Shown here piece after piece: positions 52,793 through 62,512 of a stretch of 64,000 bases of DNA. A program made the translations under genes and the position numbers. This DNA comes from a virus. Its lineage: Duplodnaviria; Caudoviricetes. How positions within the stretch are numbered: position 1 is the first letter of the stretch; the number at the start of each line of letters is the position of its first letter. The notes under the pieces were generated by a model. It searched no databases. It was not told the DNA's origin and saw nothing but the letters and a program-made list of their open reading frames with translations. The stretch covers positions 1 to 64,000 of IMG/VR virus record IMGVR_UViG_3300031999_000006; one strand, written 5' to 3'.

Positions 52793-55390
52793 CTATTCAA
52801 TTCCCACCAAAGCTCCCCAGTTTGTCCCGATGGCCACGTCGACTTTGATTGGAACATTGACCCACGGATGGTCAAATCTCTCCATCTGATCATAGATCAT
52901 CAGTAGCATCTCGGGAACTTCATTCTCTGGGCAGTCAAAAAGAATCATGTCATGGACATTCATGACCATACACGACTCCATTCCCCTCTTCCGCATTAGC
53001 ATCCACACACGACTCGCCGCATCCAATACCAGATCACTAGCGGTACCTTGTATGGGTGCATTAACTCCTTCACGGAAAAGGGCTTCCCAACCAGCCTGGT
53101 CACGAACATTCTCCGTAGCAAAATATCGACGCCTTCCAAAAAAGGTTTCAACATAACCACGACTCCGAATCTGCTTCCGTATTGTATCAACATAACCTTT
53201 AATCCCAGTATACTTGGTATAGAAGGCCTCAATCTTTTTATCTGCTTCCCGCATTGATATCTTTAACTGCTTAGACAGACCATGTGCAGACTCACCATAG
53301 ACAATTCCGAAGTTTACACTCTTTGCCTCAACCCTTTGCTTTGCTTTAGCCAACTCAGATAGATCATCATTGGGTCCGAAGATAGCCATCCGAGTCACCT
53401 CATGGATATCCTCACCACTCCTAAAGGCATCAATCAACGCCTGGTCATGCGAGTACATGGCTAGTACCCGAAGCTCCATTTGGGAATAGTCAACCTCGAC
53501 AAACAATCCCCTCTTTGATCGAAACACCGGACGAATCTCTTTCGGTATGTTCTGGAAGTTTGGCTTTTGACACGATGGACGACCAGTTGCCGTTCTGGTT
53601 AACATATACTCACCCCTAACCACACCATCGATGTTTAACTTTGTATAAGGAATGAGATAGGTACTAATAATTTTTGCTGTCGTACGATACTTCAATAAGT
53701 CAGTGACAAAGGGGTGCTTACCCTTAATCGTCTCTAATGCCTCTTCATCCACTGACATCTTTTGTGTCTTTTTTGTTTTCTTTTCCGAGACAAGCTTCAT
53801 CTCCTCCAAGATAGAACGAAGATGGGAACCTGAATTAAAGTTTACATCCCTCTGAAGTTTCTCAGCAACCGTTCTCACCTCTTTATAGGAGGCCAACTTG
53901 TTGAATAGAGTACACGCCTCTTTGTTATACTCCTGATAGGTTTCCTCAAGTACCTTAAGGTCCAGAGTCACACCCTCCAACTCCATCTCAATGAGAGTAT
54001 AAACCGCCTTCGTCAAGATTGTGATGAGGAACTCAAAGGCTGTGGGTGACAATCTTTTCTCATATATCATCGCCAACTCATCACCAACAAAAGTATCCAT
54101 CGTATTGTAGTTGGCAATCTTTTCCAAACTTTCCTCAACTAAGTTACTAGCATCAATGTCCCACCCACCATGGTCCGTAAACTTCCACGCGCACTGATGA
54201 AGTCCCTGAGGACTATGCTTTCCTTCCAAAAGGAAAACCGCCAGTTGAGTATCAAGCCAGAGGTTTGTTGATCTAACCCCATAGATGGCCTGCATGAACT
54301 TAAGATCAAACTTTGCATTCTGGGCAACCATCTTAACTCGAGAGTCAATAAAAAGAGGACTAACTATCTTCGCTATTTCTTTGTGATAATCAAGATTGGG
54401 ACTTTCACGATGGTTCATTGGTATCCACCAAGTCGGACCATTACGCAAAGTGAAGGACATAGACACAATTACAGCATCAGGAGCCAGTGGGTCAAAACCT
54501 GATGACTCAACGTCGAAGGTCACAATTGCACCCTCATCTCTTTTGTTGGCCTCATCCAGAATTGACTTCACCATCGCTTCTGTCTTATCGCAATCATCAA
54601 CTATATTATAAGGGATCTTGTGTTCCGAATCAAGAAATACTTTGATCTTGCGCATCTCCTCAAGATACATCGCATCGTGACGCTGTCTTTGATCACGCAG
54701 AATATATGAAGGATGATACATCACATAGAACCGACGACCATCCTTGAGGAAACCATGGCCGTGAGCGGCACCCACATGCCAGCGCCCCAGAAGAGTATCG
54801 AGTGGTGTGTTGCCTAAGAGAACGATCAACTTTCCGTGGAACCTCTGTAGGTCCTCCTCAAGATACCGGGAACAGCAAGCAATCTCCACTGCCTCAGGTG
54901 GACGATTAGAAGGCACCACCTCATAGGGACGATCCTTGACTGGAGGCCGGCATCGGACAGTATTCACAAAAGCACAGTCCTCCTCAACTAGTCCGGCAAG
55001 CCGTATGAACTTGCGAAGGCATCGGCCGGCCGGTCCAACAAACGGAATACCCTTCTCAACTTCCTCCACACCAGGTGCCTCACCAACGAATAGAACGCTC
55101 GCCGTCCCAATGTTCTCAGAGGCCTTGACTTCATTCTTCTTGACTCCCTTGCCCAGTGGGCACCTCAAGCAAGAGTCGACTCCAGAAGAAGATGACCGAG
55201 ATTTGGATGGTGGACGAACCGGACGAAGTGCCTCCTCAACAAGCATTTGTTTAATCTCTTCCAATGTATATAGTCTATACTCATAACGCCGATTACGTGA
55301 TATCCTAAGACCAAACTCATCCGTAATCTCACGAGGAGACAGTTTCTCCAACTCAGGGAAGAAGACCATCGTATCGTTACGTTTTTTCAC
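52793..55390 (-). CDS. polA: Family A DNA polymerase with N-terminal family-4 uracil-DNA glycosylase-like domain and 3'-5' exonuclease
   Basis: CLRCPL, GEAPG, PFVGPAG, CRPP, YHPS (UDG4); DVE, NAKFD, YNTMD (exonuclease); TGR, DYSQMELR, KSVNFGIVYG, NAPIQGTASD, VHD. Confidence 0.93.
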   Translation of the reverse strand: MKKRNDTMVFFPELEKLSPREITDEFGLRISRNRRYEYRLYTLEEIKQMLVEEALRPVRPPSKSRSSSSGVDSCLRCPLGKGVKKNEVKASENIGTASVLFVGEAPGVEEVEKGIPFVGPAGRCLRKFIRLAGLVEEDCAFVNTVRCRPPVKDRPYEVVPSNRPPEAVEIACCSRYLEEDLQRFHGKLIVLLGNTPLDTLLGRWHVGAAHGHGFLKDGRRFYVMYHPSYILRDQRQRHDAMYLEEMRKIKVFLDSEHKIPYNIVDDCDKTEAMVKSILDEANKRDEGAIVTFDVESSGFDPLAPDAVIVSMSFTLRNGPTWWIPMNHRESPNLDYHKEIAKIVSPLFIDSRVKMVAQNAKFDLKFMQAIYGVRSTNLWLDTQLAVFLLEGKHSPQGLHQCAWKFTDHGGWDIDASNLVEESLEKIANYNTMDTFVGDELAMIYEKRLSPTAFEFLITILTKAVYTLIEMELEGVTLDLKVLEETYQEYNKEACTLFNKLASYKEVRTVAEKLQRDVNFNSGSHLRSILEEMKLVSEKKTKKTQKMSVDEEALETIKGKHPFVTDLLKYRTTAKIISTYLIPYTKLNIDGVVRGEYMLTRTATGRPSCQKPNFQNIPKEIRPVFRSKRGLFVEVDYSQMELRVLAMYSHDQALIDAFRSGEDIHEVTRMAIFGPNDDLSELAKAKQRVEAKSVNFGIVYGESAHGLSKQLKISMREADKKIEAFYTKYTGIKGYVDTIRKQIRSRGYVETFFGRRRYFATENVRDQAGWEALFREGVNAPIQGTASDLVLDAASRVWMLMRKRGMESCMVMNVHDMILFDCPENEVPEMLLMIYDQMERFDHPWVNVPIKVDVAIGTNWGALVGIE

Positions 55391-56405
55391 TATCTAATCC
55401 CTCAAACATATTTGACGCTTCCAGCTGAAGATAGAGATCCCACACTGACGCCTTACCCGTCTTCTTCCTTTCCTGATTGACCCAGTCCTCGAACTTCGTC
55501 CATGACCGGAAACAGGCCTCAACACGAAGCCAAAAGTTCTTCGACAACTCATCCATAGTCGATTCTATTCCAACCTTCTTAAGTTGGGAAACCAGATAGT
55601 TATCCTGAACGCTCGCGGCCATGACCGCGCCTTGACGGGCTCGAATAGGAGAAACTGAAACAACCATGACTTTTTTCTTATCCTTCTTATCCTCATCGAA
55701 CAAATAGATATGACCATAACCAGCCGACTTCGTGATTGTTGCGTCCACTGAATACCAAGGAAAGTCACCAAGTACATCTGGCATACAAAGGCCAAGCATA
55801 TGAACCTTCCCACGATAATTATACTCACGAAATCGCTCAAACAAATGACTGAACGCCTCTTTCTTCAGCGTTGAACCCTTAATCTTTCCTGACATACCAC
55901 CCAACGCTATATACTGACAACCAGCATCCACCATTCGCTTCAACCATTGATCATTCTCACCATAGTGAAAGATAGGAACAATAAAATCTAGGCCTTTCTT
56001 CTCAGTTAAGTAAATGTAATTATTGAATGATTCTGCGGCGGCGCGTTCAACCTCAAGTCTCGCCGCCTCTCCACTAAGATCCCGGGACTTAGGAATAACA
56101 TCAAGATTAAACGCATGAAGAGTTTGAAAGTTATCCTCATCACGAAACTTTTTAAGATAGTCAGCATAGAAGTCAATGTTAACTTCCTGCCCTAAAGTCA
56201 TAACAGTAAACGCACCGGAGTCCACAAACAAGTCCATCTTCTTTGTATACTCCTTACCAAGCGTGGCTGTAAGCTTCTCAAGTGGGCCCTTATACGCAAA
56301 GCTTGACAAGACTCTCCTAAATACCCCCGCCTTTGCATACTCCACCAGACGCCCCATACCTTCAGAGGTCATAACAAAGAAAACTTTGAAGGTTAGATCT
56401 CTCAT
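55377..56405 (-). CDS. dpdA: DpdA-like DNA guanine transglycosylase (TGT family)
   Basis: SFAY, FVDSGAFT, NLDVIP, VPIFHYGE, YIALGG, VHMLG, WYSVD; clustered with folE/queC. Confidence 0.8.
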   Translation of the reverse strand: MRDLTFKVFFVMTSEGMGRLVEYAKAGVFRRVLSSFAYKGPLEKLTATLGKEYTKKMDLFVDSGAFTVMTLGQEVNIDFYADYLKKFRDEDNFQTLHAFNLDVIPKSRDLSGEAARLEVERAAAESFNNYIYLTEKKGLDFIVPIFHYGENDQWLKRMVDAGCQYIALGGMSGKIKGSTLKKEAFSHLFERFREYNYRGKVHMLGLCMPDVLGDFPWYSVDATITKSAGYGHIYLFDEDKKDKKKVMVVSVSPIRARQGAVMAASVQDNYLVSQLKKVGIESTMDELSKNFWLRVEACFRSWTKFEDWVNQERKKTGKASVWDLYLQLEASNMFEGLDSEKT

Positions 56406-57541
56406 CTTATTGATCCCACCTTCCAACCAATGTAATGTTCTTCACTCGTGCCTGGAGTATAAGCATAGATACACCGACCAGGAACAATAACAAATCTGGA
56501 ATATCGCTCAATAGCGGTTAACAAAAAGTCCGAATGTATTCTAACCTTTTCAAAGTCTGGGCATCCCCTAAGAGGAAGAGTAATGGTCATATTCTTTCCA
56601 GAGGACGCCTGAAGAAGGATGGGAATAATAGTAAGGATACCATCTTTAGCACTGATCTCAGCGTCTGAATACTCCATAGCATCCTTAAAAAGTAAGGCCA
56701 CTCCAGATAAATCCGTTCCTAACAGTTCCTTCGGAAAGTCAAACTTAATCTCTGCCTTATCTATCTCTTCATTGAGTGTATCCAAAAGATGATTATGCGC
56801 AGGCATAAGAAAAGAGACACCCGTTACAAATACCAGAAATCCTTCCTCCTTATTGACGTCAACACCAAAGTCAAATACCACAAAACCTTCAGAAGTTACC
56901 CCCAACCGTTCCAATTTATACTTAGGTCGAATAAGTTGCTCAACTACCTCTGCCGACATAAAGAAATCTTGATCAATGCCCTTCAAAGGTTCATCTAGAG
57001 TATAACGAGTCACTCTATAATTGTCAGAGGCGATCAACGCATTCTGATCCTTGACAAACCAGATCCCGCAGAATGCCGGCTGATAAGTATTCTTTGACAT
57101 ACAAAAAGATAATGACTTAAGTGCGGCAAGAAACTCTTGTCCAGGACACTCCTTAATTTGGCCAAGAAGACTTTCAGGTGTTACAATCCCCATTGACTCA
57201 ACCAAATCGACTTCACCATGAAAGTGCCCAATACTAAAACCAAGAGTTTGATCAGTAATAGTAAAGATAATCTCCTTATCGAGATGCCCAGACAATAGTC
57301 CCCAAATCTTTTTTGTAGCACCAACAGGGAGGCCAACAGTGTGATAGTTCTCCTTCAAGTCCAGCACCCTATCCTTACATGCCGCCCCTCCCCAAAGCTG
57401 GGACGCAATGACATAAGATTGGTGAAAAATAAACACACACGAGGTGGGAAGAATGTTGGTTGGAGAAGAGAAGTCAAAAAGAATATCCATAAGTTTCTTA
57501 AGTGTCTTCGCCTTCTTGCTTATTGTAATTACTTCATCCAT
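56402..57541 (-). CDS. Divergent DNA sliding clamp (beta-clamp-like)
   Basis: 379 aa; ILP, FCGIW, LIASDNYRV (cf. ATDGHRL), FL..AI pattern. Confidence 0.55.
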   Translation of the reverse strand: MDEVITISKKAKTLKKLMDILFDFSSPTNILPTSCVFIFHQSYVIASQLWGGAACKDRVLDLKENYHTVGLPVGATKKIWGLLSGHLDKEIIFTITDQTLGFSIGHFHGEVDLVESMGIVTPESLLGQIKECPGQEFLAALKSLSFCMSKNTYQPAFCGIWFVKDQNALIASDNYRVTRYTLDEPLKGIDQDFFMSAEVVEQLIRPKYKLERLGVTSEGFVVFDFGVDVNKEEGFLVFVTGVSFLMPAHNHLLDTLNEEIDKAEIKFDFPKELLGTDLSGVALLFKDAMEYSDAEISAKDGILTIIPILLQASSGKNMTITLPLRGCPDFEKVRIHSDFLLTAIERYSRFVIVPGRCIYAYTPGTSEEHYIGWKVGSIR

Positions 57542-58251
57542 AGTTCATGCCTCCTTAAAACTACTTCAATTTCACGAGCACGCTCTATATCATACTCGCC
57601 TGCCTTAATTCTTTTGATGTAGCCCGGTATGCCCGACCACTCTTTGATATCTGCACGAAGGGCAAGACTCAATCCATTATTCTCAAAGGCTATCCATCGC
57701 CTGAAACAGGCGGCGCACTCTCCGCAAGGAACCTTTGTTGAGTCCGATCCAAAGCAAGAGAACGACTTATAGAGAACATCGACCGGACACTTTTCGTTGC
57801 CTTGATCAAGGTACCACTTGATCATGCCTGACTTTGTCATACCTTGGAAAGGACTGTCCACCACGATCCTTCGCTCATTAAGGAAAGATAGCATCTCTGA
57901 CGCCTTATCCAGGAACTCAGGCGAACGATCAGGAATGGACTGCTCACCTTTTTGGAAAACCAAGTAAATGTCATCCCCGTAAAGTGCACCAATCATGGCA
58001 AGGAAAAGATTACGCATTGGGATATAGGCATCAGGTGCTTCCTGATCACCGAGGTACAATCGTTTCTCAATGATCAAGTCCATGCCCAATCTTTTCGCAA
58101 GACTCATGGAAGTGAAGTATTCCGATGCTCCGTAGCGGTGACCCAAGTGGACATGAACTGCCTTTGGCTTGCCCAAAACAAACCAGGCAATCAATGAGTC
58201 AAGCCCCCCGCTAAACATCAGAACAGGACGTCTGCTTTTTGCCATGATCAA
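57529..58251 (-). CDS. queC: QueC-family 7-cyano-7-deazaguanine synthase
   Basis: FSGGLDS PP-loop, IP.RN, D.S.EF, P...TK, SC...CGECAAC. Confidence 0.88.
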   Translation of the reverse strand: MIMAKSRRPVLMFSGGLDSLIAWFVLGKPKAVHVHLGHRYGASEYFTSMSLAKRLGMDLIIEKRLYLGDQEAPDAYIPMRNLFLAMIGALYGDDIYLVFQKGEQSIPDRSPEFLDKASEMLSFLNERRIVVDSPFQGMTKSGMIKWYLDQGNEKCPVDVLYKSFSCFGSDSTKVPCGECAACFRRWIAFENNGLSLALRADIKEWSGIPGYIKRIKAGEYDIERAREIEVVLRRHELWMK

Positions 58252-59873
58252 TTCCTTGGACCCATCAGAAGATCGGCCAACTTATCGTAGTCCTTTTTAC
58301 TAGGCAGTTTAATTCGGCGAACCAGATCGGCATAGTCAACCTTGCCTTTACTTCCTTTGGTAATCCTCTTTTCCATGACGGGCAGTCCCTCCAAGTCATA
58401 AAACTGTCTTGGATCTTCAACACCAGCCATCTCAGCCGCCCAGATGCTAAGAAGAGTTGAACCGCACTGCCGGCATAAGAAGATCTCTCCCTTTTCCGAT
58501 ACATAGGGCTGGTCACAACTTACTGTCATCCCAAAGGGAAAGTCTAGCTCCTTACCAAGGATCCACTCCTCGGACTTCATAATCTGTTGCATGACCGAAA
58601 CGTAAGTGATGCGATCACCGACTAGTGTTGAGTATTTAGTCATCTCCAGGAAGGCACGAACGAAGTACTCTGAGTTGTCAGGATAGAAGCCCTCCTCGGT
58701 GAGGTTACTCATTCCGGTAACGAGGTGAACTCGATCCGACTTGTTACTCAGGATCTGCTGTTCCGCCAACGAGGCAAGGATGGATAGGAAAATTGCGTTG
58801 CGATTGCTCACCCACGCAGTCGTTGTCTTGATGTAACTCTCCGTCCCTGTCTCGATAGGAATGGTCGGTCTAATCAATGACGAAGGATCCCCCTTGAAGA
58901 TGTTCTGTAAATCAATGCCGACCCACTCCGAGCCCATGTAATCAGCAAGACGCCTGGAGGCCAAACTCTCTGCCTCCCAGCCCCGCTGACCATAGTTGAA
59001 GTTCACCAGAGTCACTCGGTATCCCAGGCGCCTCATGACAAACGCGGACAGGCCACTATCAATCCCGCCGGAAGAGGAGACCAGGACAGACTCGCTATTG
59101 ATCTTCACTGATGGCTTCCATACCGGATGGTATCGGTTGGGTTGGAAGGTCATGATCCTTTCCATCCCACTATCAAGATCAATCTCCCGAATGGTGTTTC
59201 CATCCTGCCAATGATAATACCAATCCTCCCACACATTCATTCCGCAACGCGGGGAGTCGGTGATCTTCCTAGTTACTGATTCGATCACGTCAAGACATGA
59301 GTGAAGTATAACCCCCTTTCCTCTGATACAACAGATTGCCAAAGGTTTGAAGTCATTGACACAGAACAGACGATTAGCTTCTTGATCATAGAGAAGAAAA
59401 GCAAACCCACCCACCATCTCCCCCATAACTTTCTCCATATTATGACTCGTTTGATAGGACTTGAGAATAACTTCACTATCAATCTTTGTTTGATAGTTGG
59501 AGTATTTGTCCACCACGAAATTTGCCACTGAACCATTATGGGAAAGAATCAGCGCCCCCTCCTTTGTATATACAATCGGCTGAAGATTCTTATCTGAACT
59601 TTCAACTTCAGTCTCTGGTTGGGCACGGAAGTTCGCAATGATCAAACTACCCTTTACCGGGGCAGGATCCATCAACCAATTCTTAACCGCCCACTTGTCA
59701 ATAGAATAGGTCTTCGTGGACTTAAAGGTCAGTATCTCTTTCTTCCGGACATCAGGAACCAGAGCGATACCAAAGCCATCCTGTCCTCTATTCTCCGCCG
59801 CAGAGAACAACGCATCGTACGTATCCCAATCAAAGACCCCATCCCGATTCCAAACGCCCACTATGCCACACAT
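58248..59873 (-). CDS. Glutamine amidotransferase class II-QueC fusion (GAT-QueC)
   Basis: MCGI, RGQDG.G, QP, HNG, DSE (Ntn GATase); SGGIDS, NYGQR, RN, YPDNS, SC...CRQC. Confidence 0.88.
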   Translation of the reverse strand: MCGIVGVWNRDGVFDWDTYDALFSAAENRGQDGFGIALVPDVRKKEILTFKSTKTYSIDKWAVKNWLMDPAPVKGSLIIANFRAQPETEVESSDKNLQPIVYTKEGALILSHNGSVANFVVDKYSNYQTKIDSEVILKSYQTSHNMEKVMGEMVGGFAFLLYDQEANRLFCVNDFKPLAICCIRGKGVILHSCLDVIESVTRKITDSPRCGMNVWEDWYYHWQDGNTIREIDLDSGMERIMTFQPNRYHPVWKPSVKINSESVLVSSSGGIDSGLSAFVMRRLGYRVTLVNFNYGQRGWEAESLASRRLADYMGSEWVGIDLQNIFKGDPSSLIRPTIPIETGTESYIKTTTAWVSNRNAIFLSILASLAEQQILSNKSDRVHLVTGMSNLTEEGFYPDNSEYFVRAFLEMTKYSTLVGDRITYVSVMQQIMKSEEWILGKELDFPFGMTVSCDQPYVSEKGEIFLCRQCGSTLLSIWAAEMAGVEDPRQFYDLEGLPVMEKRITKGSKGKVDYADLVRRIKLPSKKDYDKLADLLMGPRN

Positions 59874-59874
59874 C

Positions 59875-60069
59875 CTACTTCCCCTCTGGTATTAACTTTG
59901 ACAAAGAGGCAACCAACGATTCGAATGCCCCCCGCATTGCTTTATCGGCTCCCCGTGCCTTTATAACATGAGCAACTGCATGATAAGTTCCCTTCCCATC
60001 TACATAATAAAAGCAGGGATAGTGTCGTTTTGTTTGGGGTGCCTGCTCAAGATAAATAAGTTGCACCAT
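59875..60069 (-). CDS. Small hypothetical protein (64 aa)
   Basis: GGAGG RBS; lies between SDR and GAT-QueC. Confidence 0.55.
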   Translation of the reverse strand: MVQLIYLEQAPQTKRHYPCFYYVDGKGTYHAVAHVIKARGADKAMRGAFESLVASLSKLIPEGK

Positions 60070-60078
60070 TGTTTCCTC

Positions 60079-60783
60079 CTACAGAGACTTTCCTCCGTCT
60101 ATGATCAAGTCTTGACCAGTGATATAGTCACCTGCCTTTGAGCACAGGAAAGCGACCAACTCGGCAACCTCCTCAGGTTTGGCTTCTCTCTTCTTTGGAA
60201 TTGACTGTACCAAATGCTCAGGTGTGGGTTGATTGATGTTCACAAGATTAGTAGGTGCAACAAAGCCTGGTGATACTGAGTTGATACAAAGAGTCGGGAA
60301 TAATTTGGCAAGTGACTTAGTGAGCATAATCAAACCTGCCTTACTCACACAGTACTCGACTATGTCAATGTCCGCCTCCGCCCGACTGCCTGAGATTGAA
60401 GCGATGTTGATGATCCTTCCCCCCCCAGGCATCTTCTCAATAACTGCCTGGGACAGAAAGAACGGAGCCCGAAGATTCGTATCCAAGACCCGATTGTATT
60501 CACTTATCCCCACTACTCCGAACTTGTGAAACGGCATCACTCCAGCATTGTTAACCAAGATGTCGATAGTTTGTCTACCCAACTCTCGACAGACATGCTC
60601 AAGATCAACACCAATGGAGAGGTCGGTCGCCACCTGGTCAAGGTTGCAAGGTGACGGTACCCTATCCTTAGGAATGAAGGAACGACCAACGTGTATGAAC
60701 TTAGCATTTGGAAACTCGTCATTGAGTCGAGTAAGGATTGCCAAGCCGATACCTTGACTAGCTCCGGTGATAATTATTCTCAT
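60079..60783 (-). CDS. Short-chain dehydrogenase/reductase
   Basis: TGASQGIG, NNAG, S...YCVSK, NSVSPG, ITGQ...DGG. Confidence 0.93.
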   Translation of the reverse strand: MRIIITGASQGIGLAILTRLNDEFPNAKFIHVGRSFIPKDRVPSPCNLDQVATDLSIGVDLEHVCRELGRQTIDILVNNAGVMPFHKFGVVGISEYNRVLDTNLRAPFFLSQAVIEKMPGGGRIINIASISGSRAEADIDIVEYCVSKAGLIMLTKSLAKLFPTLCINSVSPGFVAPTNLVNINQPTPEHLVQSIPKKREAKPEEVAELVAFLCSKAGDYITGQDLIIDGGKSL

Positions 60784-60795
60784 TTCTTTTTCTCC

Positions 60796-61497
60796 TCACT
60801 TCATAAACCAATCTCGGTCCTCTAAAAAGTTATTAATTGTTCCTCCCACAACGAAAGGAGCCAACAACATATCTTCTACAAAGTCTTGTACCTTCTCGAG
60901 TACAAAACCAACACGATAATGTCTCGGGGTAGTGGGCTCACAAAATCTTAACCTCTCCACCACCTCAAAACCAAACGAACGGGTATATCTACAAAAGGAC
61001 AGCTCATCCACAGTCTGTGCCATTGGGAGAATGGTACTAGAAACAGTATCAACTACAAGGTACCCACCAACCTTGAGTACTCGATTGCACTCAATAAGGG
61101 ATTCAACCAGACTCCTGACAAAGCACAGAACACCCCAGACAATTACACAGTCAAAAAAGTTACTGGTAAAGGGGATGTTTTCACAAAATCCTTGCTCTAC
61201 CGGTTTCCCTTTTGCACAAGCATTCTGAAACTTTACTTCGTTCGGTTCCACTCCGTGTGTAATAAAAGGCAGTTGATCAAAAGTAAACCCCGAACCACAG
61301 CCAACATCCAAAACAAAACGACCAGTCCAACCATTTGGAAAGCGTTGGCATACGTCATTCAACTCCCGCAAGAGGACTGGGGAACCACTGACAACCCCCT
61401 TGTACAGTTCGTTATTCTGTATCTGATCATCGAATGCATCTCGATTGATCAAACTATCCAAGCGGGCCAAAAGTTCAAGATTGTAACTTTTTATCAT
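60796..61497 (-). CDS. Class I SAM-dependent methyltransferase
   Basis: VLDVGCGSG, GVEP, E.IPF...FD, E..RVLK.GG; start MIKSYN with GGAG RBS. Confidence 0.88.
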   Translation of the reverse strand: MIKSYNLELLARLDSLINRDAFDDQIQNNELYKGVVSGSPVLLRELNDVCQRFPNGWTGRFVLDVGCGSGFTFDQLPFITHGVEPNEVKFQNACAKGKPVEQGFCENIPFTSNFFDCVIVWGVLCFVRSLVESLIECNRVLKVGGYLVVDTVSSTILPMAQTVDELSFCRYTRSFGFEVVERLRFCEPTTPRHYRVGFVLEKVQDFVEDMLLAPFVVGGTINNFLEDRDWFMK

Positions 61498-62512
61498 ACT
61501 GTTCTCCTTTATAATATTTCGAGTCATGGAACTGAAAGACACCCATCCCAAATTCTTTTTGGTCGGTCTCGTAAAAGTGATCTGCCTGCCACCAGTAACT
61601 CCAGAAGCATCCCGGGCAATCTTGTCGATCTTGATCATTTGCGATTACAAAGTTGGAAAGGTTTTTCCTCACATCAAAAATCGAGAACTTAGGAGAGTGA
61701 GTGCCCCGCCGATAACCACAACATCGCATCCGCCCATCAGCATCCACCGAATAGATCAGAGGCATCTTACAATGCCATGACATATCCATTCCATGCTTGA
61801 TTGCATCGTCAAAGTATTCAGGTGGGTTTTGAACTTGGACGGTTCCTTTAATCACCTCTTCCTTGATCTTGAAGATGGAGTCCTCAAACCAAGACCTATC
61901 ACTTTCCCGAAATACCAGATCAGGAATCTCCTCTGCCTTCGGGAAGAAATCGAAGCCACCGTCCTTATCCCAGTGAAGGAAGTTGATCGCCACCCAGATA
62001 TCCTTGTCAGTCATCTGCTTTACTGTAGCAAGTGCGTGTGCTAGTGTCTGACGAGATACCGTAAGTGTCCCATGCCTATCAGGGACTCCCAGAACCTTCG
62101 CCTCCTGAAGCGCAGAATAGGCACGACGTGACTTAATCTCCATGTCTCCCAATTTGACTTCTCGAGAGAAGTCCAGAATATCACATCCGCAACTCAGATT
62201 CTTGAGACCAGCCCGTACCAAGTCATACTTCAGTCGATCAAAAAGGCCAGGCGAGCAACTGCTGTACATAGCGTACGGCATCCTATCACCCAACCAACGA
62301 ATGAAGTCAACAATACCTTGAACCGCTAGAGGTTCGTTGCCTAGGATCAAGTGGAAAGAAACACCCAACTCCTCCAACTCCTCGAATGCCCTCTTCCACT
62401 GTGTGGTATCCATTTCCGATTCAGTCAACTTAGAATCCCGCAGACGGCAGTAGTCACACCGCATCGGACAGAACCGAGTCAGATAAACACAGGAGAATAG
62501 ATACTTGTTCAT
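61475..62512 (-). CDS. Radical SAM protein with C-terminal SPASM/twitch-like cysteines
   Basis: CPMRCDYC, GNEP, C...VDADG...CC...CPGC. Confidence 0.88.
   Translation of the reverse strand: MNKYLFSCVYLTRFCPMRCDYCRLRDSKLTESEMDTTQWKRAFEELEELGVSFHLILGNEPLAVQGIVDFIRWLGDRMPYAMYSSCSPGLFDRLKYDLVRAGLKNLSCGCDILDFSREVKLGDMEIKSRRAYSALQEAKVLGVPDRHGTLTVSRQTLAHALATVKQMTDKDIWVAINFLHWDKDGGFDFFPKAEEIPDLVFRESDRSWFEDSIFKIKEEVIKGTVQVQNPPEYFDDAIKHGMDMSWHCKMPLIYSVDADGRMRCCGYRRGTHSPKFSIFDVRKNLSNFVIANDQDRQDCPGCFWSYWWQADHFYETDQKEFGMGVFQFHDSKYYKGEQYDKKLQS

Noticed and set aside
55377-56405. Canonical tRNA-guanine transglycosylase (tgt) for queuosine
   Set aside because: Lacks the C-terminal CxCxxC...H zinc site, has DSGAF rather than DSGGF, and overlaps the DNA polymerase gene, fitting DpdA better.
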